Shown here: positions 24,477-34,080 of the stretch, piece after piece
Position numbering within the stretch: the first letter of the stretch is position 1
Layout: every line of letters starts with the position of its first letter
Origin: Ranitomeya imitator
Taxonomy: Eukaryota
DNA length: 64,000 nt
NCBI RefSeq assembly: GCF_032444005.1
Contig: NC_091283.1
Location: forward strand, 168,578,001-168,642,000
Direction: 5' to 3'
Translations under genes and position numbers: made by a program
The notes under the pieces: generated by a model
Told to the model about the DNA's origin: nothing
Seen by the model: the letters and a program-made list of their open reading frames with translations, nothing else
Database searches by the model: none

Positions 24477-25099
24477 TTCTCACTTGAATACAACTCTCAT
24501 TCTCCCAGCTTGCGCTGATCGCCGGCAGAGCAAGGGAGAATGATGAGAGCCGGAGAACAACTCTTACTGTTCTCTGTGTGCACGTGTACGGGACGTTTTG
24601 CAGCCCATGCTGATGGTAAAAAATGGACATGCCAGCGTGTTTTGCCCATGGACACACGGTCCATGGAAACACACTGACATGTGCACAGACCTATTCACTT
24701 GAATGGGTCTACGCCTGTCAGTGTCTCCAGTATGTGTGAAAACTGTCACCACATGCAGGACCAGCATTAGGGGCAGGCAGAGCAGGCAACTGCCTAGGGC
24801 CCCCTCTCCTCCAGGGGCCCCCAGCCACTGGCTTGCCGCGGCACACCGCTCGGCTGCTATGGGGCCCCTGAGTAGGAGGGACCCTACGCCACCCCCTGCA
24901 TTGCGCATTCAGCTTATTGGCATCATAGATGCCGGTTACAGTTGAAGGCAGGGATCACTCCCCCTCTGCCTCTGACTCAGCGTATGCCAGCAGTGGAGCT
25001 GATGAGACGCTGAGATGCTCTGAAAAAGCCAGAGCAGCAGGGAAACAATTAGGGAAGGTAAGTATTGTGTGTGTGTGTCTGCTGCACGATAATGTGTGC

Positions 25100-25442
25100 T
25101 TGGGGGCTGCATTATACTGTGTGTGGGGGTCGCACTATACTGTGCGTGGGGGCTGTACTATACTGTGTGTGTGAGGGGACTGCACTATACTGTGTGAGTG
25201 TGGGGGCTGCATTATACTATGGGTGTGGGGGGGGCTGCATTATACTATGTGTGGGTGGGGGCTGCATTATACTATGTGCGTGTGGAGGCTGCATTATACT
25301 ATGTGCGTGTGGAGGCTGCATTATACTGTTTGTGGGGGGATGCACTATACTGTGTGTGTTTGTGGGGGGCTGAATTATACTGTGTGCAGGGGCTGCTTTA
25401 TGCTGTGTGGGTGGGGATTCAGTATACTCTGAGGGGGCTGCT
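25100..25442. repeat. GGGGGCTGCATTATACT(GT)n minisatellite, left part (continues at 31131-31960)
   Basis: Direct reading. The array is split by element E. Confidence 0.85.
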
Positions 25443-28400
25443 TGTTGTGAATTCTGTGGCTGAGTTCACTTCTGTGGTCACAAGTGGTATTGCAGTCTCT
25501 GGGCTTCCTCCCTCAGGTGTTTTGGTGAGCTCGTTGGCTGCCTTGCTATTTAGCTCCACCTGAGTCTGTCTTCCTTGCTCCTTGTCAATGTTCCAGTGTT
25601 GGATCTGAGCTACTGCATCTTTCCTTGGGCCTGCTGCTCTGCTAGATAAGTGCTTCTAGTTTGTTTTCTGTTTTTTCTGTCCAGCTTGCTATTAACTTTT
25701 GCTGGAAGCTCTGAGAAGCAAAGGGGTGCACCGCCGTGCTGTTAGTTCGGCACGGTGGGTCTTTTTGCCCCTTTGCGTGGTTTTCGTTTTAGGGTTTTTT
25801 GTAGACTGCATAGTTCTCTTTGCTATCCTCGCTCTGTCTAGAATATCGGGCCTCACTTTGCTGAATCTATTTCATTCCTACGTTTGTCTTTTCATCTTGC
25901 TAACAGTCATTATATGTGGGGGCTGCCTATTCCTTTGGGGTATTTCTCTGAGGTAAGTCAGGCTTGTATTTCTATCTTCAGGCTAGTCAGCTCCTCAGGC
26001 AGTGCCGAGTTGCATAGGTAGTTGATAGGCGCAATCCACTGCTGCTTACAGTTGTGTGAGGATAGATCAGGTACTGCAGTCTACAGAGATTCCACGTCTC
26101 AGAGCTCGTCCTATTGTTTTGGGTTATTGCCAGATCTCTGTATGTGCGCTGATTACTGCACGCTGTGTTGCCTGATTGCCAGTCAGAACAGTACAAGGAG
26201 CCCTTCAATGATTTCCAATAGAGGGAAAAAAGAAATCCTGACATCATTTTTTTTTCTTAGCTCTGTCTTCAGTCTTTATTTTCCCCTAGACATTAGAGTG
26301 CTTCAGGACACAGCTGTGGACATGGATATTCAGGCTCTGTGCTCCTCAATGGATAATCTCGTTGTAAATGTACAAAAGATTCAAGATACTATTGATCAGA
26401 AATCGATGCTAGAACCAAGAATTCCGATTCCTGATTTGTTTTTTGGTGACAGAACTAAGTTCCTGAGCTTCAGAAATAATTGTAAGCTATTTTTGGCCTT
26501 GAAACCTCATTCTTCTGGTAATCCTATTCAACAGGTTTTGATTATTATTTCTTTTTTGCGCGGCGACCCACAGGACTGGGCGTTTTCTCTTGCACCAGGA
26601 GATTCTGCATTGAGTAATGTTGATGCATTTTTCCAGGCGCTGGGATTGCTTTACGATGAGCCTAATTCAGTGGATCAAGCTGAGAAAAATCTGCTGGCTT
26701 TATGCCAGGGTCAGGATGATGTAGAAGTATATTGTCAGAAATTTAGAAAATGGTCAGTACTCACTTTGTGGAATGAATCTGCACTAGCGGCTTTGTTCAG
26801 AAAGGGTCTCTCTGAAGCTCTTAAGGATGTAATGGTGGGATTTCCTATGCCTGCTGGTTTGAATGAGTCTATGTCCTTGGCCATTCAGATCGGTCGTCGC
26901 TTGCGCGAGCGTAAATCTGTGCACCATCTGGCGGTATTGTCTGAGAGTAAGCCTGAGCCTATGCAGTGCGACAGGACTATGACTAAAGTAGAACGGCACG
27001 AACACAGACGTCTGAACAGACTGTGTTTCTATTGTGGTGATTCTACTCATGCTATTTCTAATTGTCCTAAACGCACTAGGCGGTTCGATAGCTCTGCCGT
27101 TATTGGTACTGTACAGTCCAAATTCCTTTTGTCCATTACCTTAATGTGCTCTTTGTCATCGTATTCTGTCATGGCGTTTGTGGATTCAGGCGCTGCCCTG
27201 AATCTGATGGATTTGGATTATGCTAAACGTTGTGGATTTTTCTTGGAGCCTTTGCGGTGTCCTATTCCGTTGAGAGGAATTGATGCTACACCTTTGGCCA
27301 AGAATAAGCCTCAGTACTGGGCCCAGCTGACCATGTGCATGGCTCCTGCACATCAGGAAGTTATTCGCTTTTTGGTACTGCATAATTTGCATGATGTGGT
27401 CGTGTTGGGGTTGCCATGGCTACAAACCCATAATCCAGTATTGGATTGGAACTCTATGTCGGTAACCAGCTGGGGTTGTCAGGGAGTACATGGTGATGTT
27501 CCATTTTTGTCTATTTCGTCATCCATTCCTTCTGACATCCCAGAGTTCTTGTCGGACTTTCAGGATGTATTTGAAGAGTCCAAGTCTGATGCCCTACCTC
27601 CGCATAGGAATTGTGATTGTGCTATCGATTTGATTCCTGGTAGTAAATTCCCTAAGGGTCGTTTATTTAATTTGTCCGTACCTGAACACACCGCTATGCG
27701 CAGTTATGTGAAGGAGTCCCTGGAGAAGGGACATATTCGCCCATCGTCGTCACCATTGGGAGCAGGGTTCTTTTTTGTAGCCAAGAAGGATGGTTCGCTA
27801 AGACCGTGTATTGATTACCGCCTTCTTAATAAGATCACTGTTAAGTTTCAGTATCCCTTGCCATTGATTTCTGACTTGTTTGCTCGGATTAAGGGGGCTA
27901 GTTGGTTTACTAAGATTGATCTTCGTGGTGCGTATAATCTGGTGAGAATCAGGCAGGGAGATGAATGGAAAACGGCATTTAATACGCCCGAGGGTCATTT
28001 TGAGTATCTGGTGATGCCGTTCGGACTTGCCAATGCTCCATCTGTTTTTCAGTCTTTTATGCATGACATTTTCCGTGAGTATCTGGATAAATTCTTGATT
28101 GTTTACTTGGATGACATTTTGATCTTCTCAGATGATTGGGAGTCTCATGTGAAGCAAGTCAGAATGGTTTTCCAGGTACTGCGTGCTAATTCCTTGTTCG
28201 TGAAGGGATCAAAGTGTCTCTTCGGTGTGCAGAAAGTTTCATTTTTGGGGTTCATCTTTTCCCCTTCTACTATCGAGATGGATCCGGTTAAGGTTCAGGC
28301 CATCCAGGATTGGACTCAGCCGACATCTCTAAAAAGTCTGCAGAAATTCCTGGGCTTTGCTAATTTTTATCGTCGCTTCATCTGTAATTTTTCTAGCATT

Positions 28401-31130
28401 GCCAGACCATTGACCGATTTGACCAAGAAGGGTGCTGATTTGGTTAATTGGTCTTCTGCTGCCGTGGAAGCTTTTCAGGAGTTGAAGCGTCGTTTTTGCT
28501 GTGCCCCTGTGTTGTGTCAACCTGATGTTTCTCTTCCGTTCCAGGTCGAGGTTGATGCTTCTGAGATTGGTGCAGGGGCGGTTTTGTCACAGAGAGGTTC
28601 TGGTTGCTCAGTGTTCAAACCATGTGCTTTCTTTTCCAGGAAATTTTCTGCTGCTGAGCGTAATTATGATGTGGGCAACCGAGAGTTGCTGGCCATGAAG
28701 TGGGCATTCGAGGAGTGGCGTCATTGGCTTGAGGGTGCTAAGCATCGCGTGGTGGTTTTGACTGATCATAAGAACCTTACTTATCTTGAGTCTGCCAAGC
28801 GCTTGAATCCTAGACAGGCCCGTTGGTCGTTATTTTTTGCTCGTTTTGATTTTGTGATTTCATACCTTCCGGGCTCTAAAAATGTGAAGGCGGATGCTCT
28901 GTCTAGGAGTTTTGTGCCCGACTCTCCGGGGTTATCTGAGCCGGCGAGTATCCTCAAGGAAGGAGTCATTGTGTCTGCCATCTCCCCTGATTTGCGGAGA
29001 GTGTTGCAGAAATTTCAGGCTAATAAACCTGATCGTTGTCCGGCCGAGAAACTGTTCGTCCCTGATAGGTGGACTAGTAAAGTTATCTCTGAACTTCATT
29101 GTTCGGTGCTGGCCGGTCATCCAGGAATCTTTGGTACCAGGGAGTTGGTTGCTAGATCCTTCTGGTGGCCATCTCTGTCACGGGATGTGCGTGCTTTTGT
29201 GCAGTCCTGTGGAATTTGTGCTAGGGCTAAGCCCTGCTGTTCACGTGCCAGTGGGTTGCTTTTGCCCTTGCCGGTCCCGAAGAGGCCTTGGACACATATT
29301 TCGATGGATTTCATTTCTGACCTTCCCGTTTCTCAAAAAATGTCTGTCATTTGGGTGGTCTGTGATCGCTTTTCTAAAATGGTCCATCTGGTGCCCTTGG
29401 TTAAATTGCCTTTCTCCTCTGATTTGGTGCCTTTGTTCTTCCAGCATGTGGTTCGTTTACATGGCATTCCTGAGAATATTGTTTCTGACAGAGGTTCCCA
29501 GTTTGTCTCGAGGTTCTGGCGAGCCTTTTGTGGTAGGATGGGCATTGACCTATCTTTTTCCTCGGCCTTCCATCCTCAGACTAATGGCCAGACCGAACGA
29601 ACCAAGCAGACCTTGGAAACATATCTGAGATGTTTTGTTTCCGCTGACCAGGATGATTGGGTGTCATTTTTGCCGTTGGCTGAGTTCGCCCTTAATAATC
29701 GGGCCAGCTCGGCTACCTTGGTCTCTCCATTTTTCTGCAATTCTGGGTTCCATCCTCGGTTCTCTTCAGGACAGGTTGAGTCTTCGGACTGTCCTGGTGT
29801 GGATTATGTGGTGGACAGGTTGCAGCAGATCTGGACTCAGGTAGTGGACAATTTGACCTTGTCCCAGGAGAAGGCTCAGCTTTTCGCTAATCGCAGACGC
29901 CGTGTGGGACCCCGACTTCGTGTTGGGGATCTGGTTTGGTTATCTTCTCGTCATATACCTATGAAGGTTTCCTCTCCTAAATTTAAACCTCGTTTTATTG
30001 GTCCGTATAGGATTTCTGAGATTCTCAATCCGGTGTCTTTTCGTCTGACCCTCCCAGACTCCTTTTCCATACATAATGTATTCCATAGGTCGTTGTTGAG
30101 GAGATACGTGGCACCTATGGTTCCATCTGTGGAGCCTCCTGCCCCTGTTTTGGTGGAGGGGGAATTGGAGTATATTGTGGAGAAGATTTTGGATTCTCGT
30201 GTCTCTAGACGGAAACTCCAGTATCTGGTCAAATGGAAGGGTTATGCTCAGGAAGATAATTCCTGGGTTTTTGCCTCTGATGTCCATGCCCCAGATCTTG
30301 TTCGTGCCTTTCATGTGGCTCATCCTGGTCGGCCTGGGGGTTCTGGTGAGGGTTCGGTGACCCCTCCTCAAGGGGGGGGTACTGTTGTGAATTCTGTGGC
30401 TGAGTTCACTTCTGTGGTCACAAGTGGTATTGCAGTCTCTGGGCTTCCTCCCTCAGGTGTTTTGGTGAGCTCGTTGGCTGCCTTGCTATTCAGCTCCACC
30501 TGAGTCTGTCTTCCTTGCTCCTTGTCAATGTTCCAGTGTTGGATCTGAGCTACTGCATCTTTCCTTGGGCCTGCTGCTCTGCTAGATAAGTGCTTCTAGT
30601 TTGTTTTCTGTTTTTTCTGTCCAGCTTGCTATTAACTTTTGCTGGAAGCTCTGAGAAGCAAAGGGGTGCACCGCCGTGCTGTTAGTTCGGCACGGTGGGT
30701 CTTTTTGCCCCTTTGCGTGGTTTTCGTTTTAGGGTTTTTTGTAGACTGCATAGTTCTCTTTGCTATCCTCGCTCTGTCTAGAATATCGGGCCTCACTTTG
30801 CTGAATCTATTTCATTCCTACGTTTGTCTTTTCATCTTGCTAACAGTCATTATATGTGGGGGCTGCCTATTCCTTTGGGGTATTTCTCTGAGGTAAGTCA
30901 GGCTTGTATTTCTATCTTCAGGCTAGTCAGCTCCTCAGGCAGTGCCGAGTTGCATAGGTAGTTGATAGGCGCAATCCACTGCTGCTTACAGTTGTGTGAG
31001 GATAGATCAGGTACTGCAGTCTACAGAGATTCCACGTCTCAGAGCTCGTCCTATTGTTTTGGGTTATTGCCAGATCTCTGTATGTGCGCTGATTACTGCA
31101 CGCTGTGTTGCCTGATTGCCAGTCATAACA
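25443..31130 (+). mobile_element. Intact chromovirus-type gypsy retrotransposon (element E), 748-bp LTRs (25443-26190, 30383-31130), 6-bp TSD GCTGCT
   Basis: GCTGCT at 25437-25442 and 31131-31136. Only two LTR differences seen by eye. PPT lies before 30383. Single uninterrupted ORF. Confidence 0.96.
26322..30503 (+). CDS. Gag-Pol polyprotein (about 1393 aa): gag, CCHC knuckle, aspartic protease, RT, RNase H, integrase, chromodomain
   Basis: Lies within ORF 26022-30503, with ATG 26322 homologous to the gag start of C. Motifs CFYCGDSTHAISNC, FVDSGAA, YLDD, SDRGSQF and YLVKWKGY. The stop lies inside the 3' LTR. Confidence 0.93.
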   Translation: MDIQALCSSMDNLVVNVQKIQDTIDQKSMLEPRIPIPDLFFGDRTKFLSFRNNCKLFLALKPHSSGNPIQQVLIIISFLRGDPQDWAFSLAPGDSALSNVDAFFQALGLLYDEPNSVDQAEKNLLALCQGQDDVEVYCQKFRKWSVLTLWNESALAALFRKGLSEALKDVMVGFPMPAGLNESMSLAIQIGRRLRERKSVHHLAVLSESKPEPMQCDRTMTKVERHEHRRLNRLCFYCGDSTHAISNCPKRTRRFDSSAVIGTVQSKFLLSITLMCSLSSYSVMAFVDSGAALNLMDLDYAKRCGFFLEPLRCPIPLRGIDATPLAKNKPQYWAQLTMCMAPAHQEVIRFLVLHNLHDVVVLGLPWLQTHNPVLDWNSMSVTSWGCQGVHGDVPFLSISSSIPSDIPEFLSDFQDVFEESKSDALPPHRNCDCAIDLIPGSKFPKGRLFNLSVPEHTAMRSYVKESLEKGHIRPSSSPLGAGFFFVAKKDGSLRPCIDYRLLNKITVKFQYPLPLISDLFARIKGASWFTKIDLRGAYNLVRIRQGDEWKTAFNTPEGHFEYLVMPFGLANAPSVFQSFMHDIFREYLDKFLIVYLDDILIFSDDWESHVKQVRMVFQVLRANSLFVKGSKCLFGVQKVSFLGFIFSPSTIEMDPVKVQAIQDWTQPTSLKSLQKFLGFANFYRRFICNFSSIARPLTDLTKKGADLVNWSSAAVEAFQELKRRFCCAPVLCQPDVSLPFQVEVDASEIGAGAVLSQRGSGCSVFKPCAFFSRKFSAAERNYDVGNRELLAMKWAFEEWRHWLEGAKHRVVVLTDHKNLTYLESAKRLNPRQARWSLFFARFDFVISYLPGSKNVKADALSRSFVPDSPGLSEPASILKEGVIVSAISPDLRRVLQKFQANKPDRCPAEKLFVPDRWTSKVISELHCSVLAGHPGIFGTRELVARSFWWPSLSRDVRAFVQSCGICARAKPCCSRASGLLLPLPVPKRPWTHISMDFISDLPVSQKMSVIWVVCDRFSKMVHLVPLVKLPFSSDLVPLFFQHVVRLHGIPENIVSDRGSQFVSRFWRAFCGRMGIDLSFSSAFHPQTNGQTERTKQTLETYLRCFVSADQDDWVSFLPLAEFALNNRASSATLVSPFFCNSGFHPRFSSGQVESSDCPGVDYVVDRLQQIWTQVVDNLTLSQEKAQLFANRRRRVGPRLRVGDLVWLSSRHIPMKVSSPKFKPRFIGPYRISEILNPVSFRLTLPDSFSIHNVFHRSLLRRYVAPMVPSVEPPAPVLVEGELEYIVEKILDSRVSRRKLQYLVKWKGYAQEDNSWVFASDVHAPDLVRAFHVAHPGRPGGSGEGSVTPPQGGGTVVNSVAEFTSVVTSGIAVSGLPPSGVLVSSLAALLFSST

Positions 31131-31596
31131 GCTGCTTTATACTTTGGGGGGCTGCATTATACTCCAAGGGGGCTGTTTTATACTCTGGTGGGCTGCATTA
31201 TACTGTGTGTGCGGGGTGCTGCATTGTACACTGAGGGCACTGCATTATACTGTGTGGTGGGGCTGCATTATACTGTGTGTGGGGGGCTGCATTATACTGT
31301 GTGTGAGGGGGCTGAACTATACTACTGTGTGTTTGTGGGGGGCTGAATTATACTGTGGGGGCTGCATTATTCTGTGCATGTGGGGCTACGTTATACTCTG
31401 AGGGGGCTGCATTATGCTCTGAGGAGAGTACGTTATACTCTGAAAGGGCTGCGTTATACTCTGACGTGGCGGCATTATACTGTGTGTGGAGGCTGGATTA
31501 CACTCTGAGGGGCTACATTACACCCTGAGGGGGCTGCATTTTACTCTGAGGGGACTACACTATACTCTATGAGGGGGGCTGAAGTATACTCTAAGG

Positions 31597-31782
31597 CAGT
31601 GTTCCCCAAATCTGGTCCTCAAGAGCCACCAACATGTCATGTTTTCAGGATTTCCTTAGTATTGCACAGGAGATAATTGCATCACCTGGACAGGCAAGCA
31701 TTCAATCACCTGTGCAATACTAAGGAAATCCTGAAAACATGACCTGTTAGTGGCTCTTGAGGATCGGAGTTGGGGAACACTG
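31597..31782. mobile_element. hAT MITE (186 bp)
   Basis: TIR CAGTGTTCCCCAA/TTGGGGAACACTG. Perfect 8-bp TSD CTCTAAGG (31589-31596, 31783-31790). Palindromic interior. Confidence 0.92.
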
Positions 31783-31978
31783 CTCTAAGGGGCTGCATTA
31801 TACTCTATGAGGCGGGCTGTAGTATATTCTGAGTGGGCTGCAGTACACTCTGAGGGGGGCTGCATTATACTCTATCAAGGACCTTGGGGAGTGCATTTTG
31901 CTATATGTACTATTTGGGATTTGCATTATACTGTATTGAGGACTATCTGTACCAATCATTCTTCCTCAGGCACAGTAA

Positions 31979-32351
31979 GGGTAGGTGCACACGGTAAGTG
32001 AACAAGGCGGATTGGATGCTGCGTACTTGTGCAGCGTCCAGATGTTACAGCATAGTGGATGGGATTTCAAGAAATCTCATGCCCACTATGCGTGCACAGA
32101 CGCCAGCAGCTCACCCGCAGAGATGGACATACGACGCGTCTCTCCAGACCGCAGCATGTCTATTTATCTTGCGGAGATGCGAGCCTTTGCAAGATAAATT
32201 TTACCCGTACACTGTATTGGATGCCGTGAATCCTCACGGTTCAATGAACACATGTGGAATCACCTGTGTTCAATAGCCGGCAGCGCTTTGGACACAGTGA
32301 ACATGTGCTGCTCCCAAAGCGCTGCCAATTACTGAAGGTGTGCACCTACCC
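31979..32351. mobile_element. MITE (373 bp)
   Basis: 14-bp TIR GGGTAGGTGCACAC/GTGTGCACCTACCC. The TSD is ambiguous (TAA vs TAG). Confidence 0.75.
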
Positions 32352-32556
32352 TAGGGAAACAAACATCGGACGACTTCAATATTGTCGCTCACGCTCGTTT
32401 AGTGTGGTCTGAACTTAGCGCTTGTAAGTGCAACAGAAATATTTCTGTGTGATGGTGCAATATGTGAGCATTTGAGGCCCCACTTTAAACTTTTGCCCGG
32501 GGCCCCACTTTGTCTAAAACCGTCCCTGAGCACGTTTCGGAAACAGTGCTTTGCTT

Positions 32557-32976
32557 GTAGTAATTTAATGCTATCACTAGGTGGTAGTAGAGATTAATGT
32601 ATTAGCATTGATGCATGGAATTGCCTAGATTTATCACCAGGCGGCAGCAAAAAACATGTGCTCTGCATGTAGTAATTTAATTCTACCACTAGGTGGTAGT
32701 AGAGATTAATGTATTAGTATTAATGCATGTGATTACCTAGCTTAATCACCTAGTGGCAGCAAATTAAAACTTGCTCTGCATGTAGTAACTTAATTGCACC
32801 ACTAGGTGGTAGTAGAGATTATTGTATTAGTATTAATGCATGTGATTACCTAGCTTAATCACCAGGTGGCAGCAAATAAAAACTTGCTCTGCATGTAGTA
32901 ATTTAATTGCGCCACTAGGTGGTAGTAGAGATTTTTGTTGTATGTAGTAATTTCTTTCTGCCACTAGATGCCAGTA
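32557..32976 (+). promoter_or_regulatory. ~113-bp tandem repeat (3.5 copies) containing 8 same-orientation CTCF-like motifs; candidate insulator
   Basis: Motifs start near 32574, 32634, 32686, 32746, 32799, 32859, 32911 and 32960 (e.g. CCACTAGGTGGTAG, TCACCAGGTGGCAGCA), against the CTCF core CCASYAGRKGGCR. Binding is not shown. Confidence 0.5.
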
Positions 32977-33124
32977 GACTACAGTAAAACGCTGCATTAT
33001 TATTCGTCGATTTACTTCGCACGTTGATTTAGATTTATAATTTACTTGCATTTTTTCAGTTTAGAATACAGAAATCACAACTATCAAAATGTCATTTTAT
33101 TACTTATGTGTTAAATCCACGCTT

Positions 33125-33435
33125 AGTCCCGCCTCTTTATATGCTTAATTGGCCAATACATCTGGCATTCAGGTCAGTCGTTTAGCTGATTGGTGGCGTG
33201 TAACGTTCCCTGACTTCCTGGTTTTTGATTGGACCAGCTGTCGGATTCTTTCCTATGATTGGCTGGTTGCTGCTGTTTCTGTCCGTGACGCGCATAGTTA
33301 TTCGTCTCTGATTAGTCAGGATTCTCATATTCTGTTATGTCATTGGTCGGTTTTCTCTGTTCTTTAATTGGGCTCCAGGATGCAGTTCTGTGTTGTGATT
33401 GGTGGAATTTCCCTATCCTCAGTTCTTACTGGTTG
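33125..33435 (+). promoter_or_regulatory. Putative PORCN promoter with clustered CCAAT boxes
   Basis: ATTGG at 33148, 33189, 33228, 33258, 33342, 33367 and 33398, CCAAT at 33153, and a GC-box-like CCCGCC near 33128. It lies 200-500 bp upstream of the first coding exon. Confidence 0.5.
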
Positions 33436-33660
33436 GTTACATGCAGCAGTGATAAGAGCATCCCCCTGCCGGGGAGAATGGCAGCAGTGTCTGCAGCAGG
33501 GATGGCATAGAGGAGGCACAGAGGAGCTGCAGCTGGTAGTGACTGCTCTGCCATGTTCTTATGTCCCAGGTGTCTACACATTCATCTATGTAAGTGATGG
33601 GATTTCTCTTTGTTTCTGCAGGTCGGGACCACTGAGCCCCCAGATTTCCAGGACCAAAAA

Positions 33661-34046
33661 ATGGCTGCCTTCAGCCGCAGAGAATTTTATGAACAGCTCC
33701 TTCATGGCTGCATTCTCCCCACCGCCCTGCAGGGTCTGGAGCAGATCTGGGTGCTGCTGCTGATGTGTCTGGGCTGCCGGCTGCTGTGGAGGTTCGGTAA
33801 GGTCACGGTCCAGGAGCACAAACAAGACGGGGGACGAGATAGGCAGGAACAAGTGCACGTAGCGCCGAAAACCACACATCGAAATACACGGCCGCTATGT
33901 GTGCCGCAGTCGTGCGTGTGCCGCAGGTGCGCGTGTGCCGCAGTCGTGCGTACCGCAGTCGGTTGTGTGCGTGCCGCATTTGTGTGTGTGCGTGTGCACG
34001 CCGCAGTCATGTGTGTGAGCGTGCTGCAGTCGTGTGAGTGCCGCAG

Positions 34047-34080
<34 letters not shown>

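Larger units (their letters stand above)
24756..32528. mobile_element. Composite non-autonomous hAT-like element carrying a minisatellite, with element E and two MITEs nested inside
   Basis: Imperfect TIRs CAGGACCAGCATTAG ... CTAAAACCGTCCCTG. Flanking 8-mers ACCACATG and AGCACGTT match at only 5 of 8 positions. Interior GGGGGCTGCATTATACT repeats at 25100-25442 and 31131-31960. Confidence 0.45.

Noticed and set aside
30240-30503. Possible env-like third ORF in the gypsy elements
   Set aside because: There is no space or ORF between the chromodomain and PPT; pol runs straight into the LTR.
33570-33590. Possible tiny upstream PORCN exon ending in GTAAGT
   Set aside because: The implied intron to the 33622 acceptor would be only about 32 nt, too short for spliceosomal removal.
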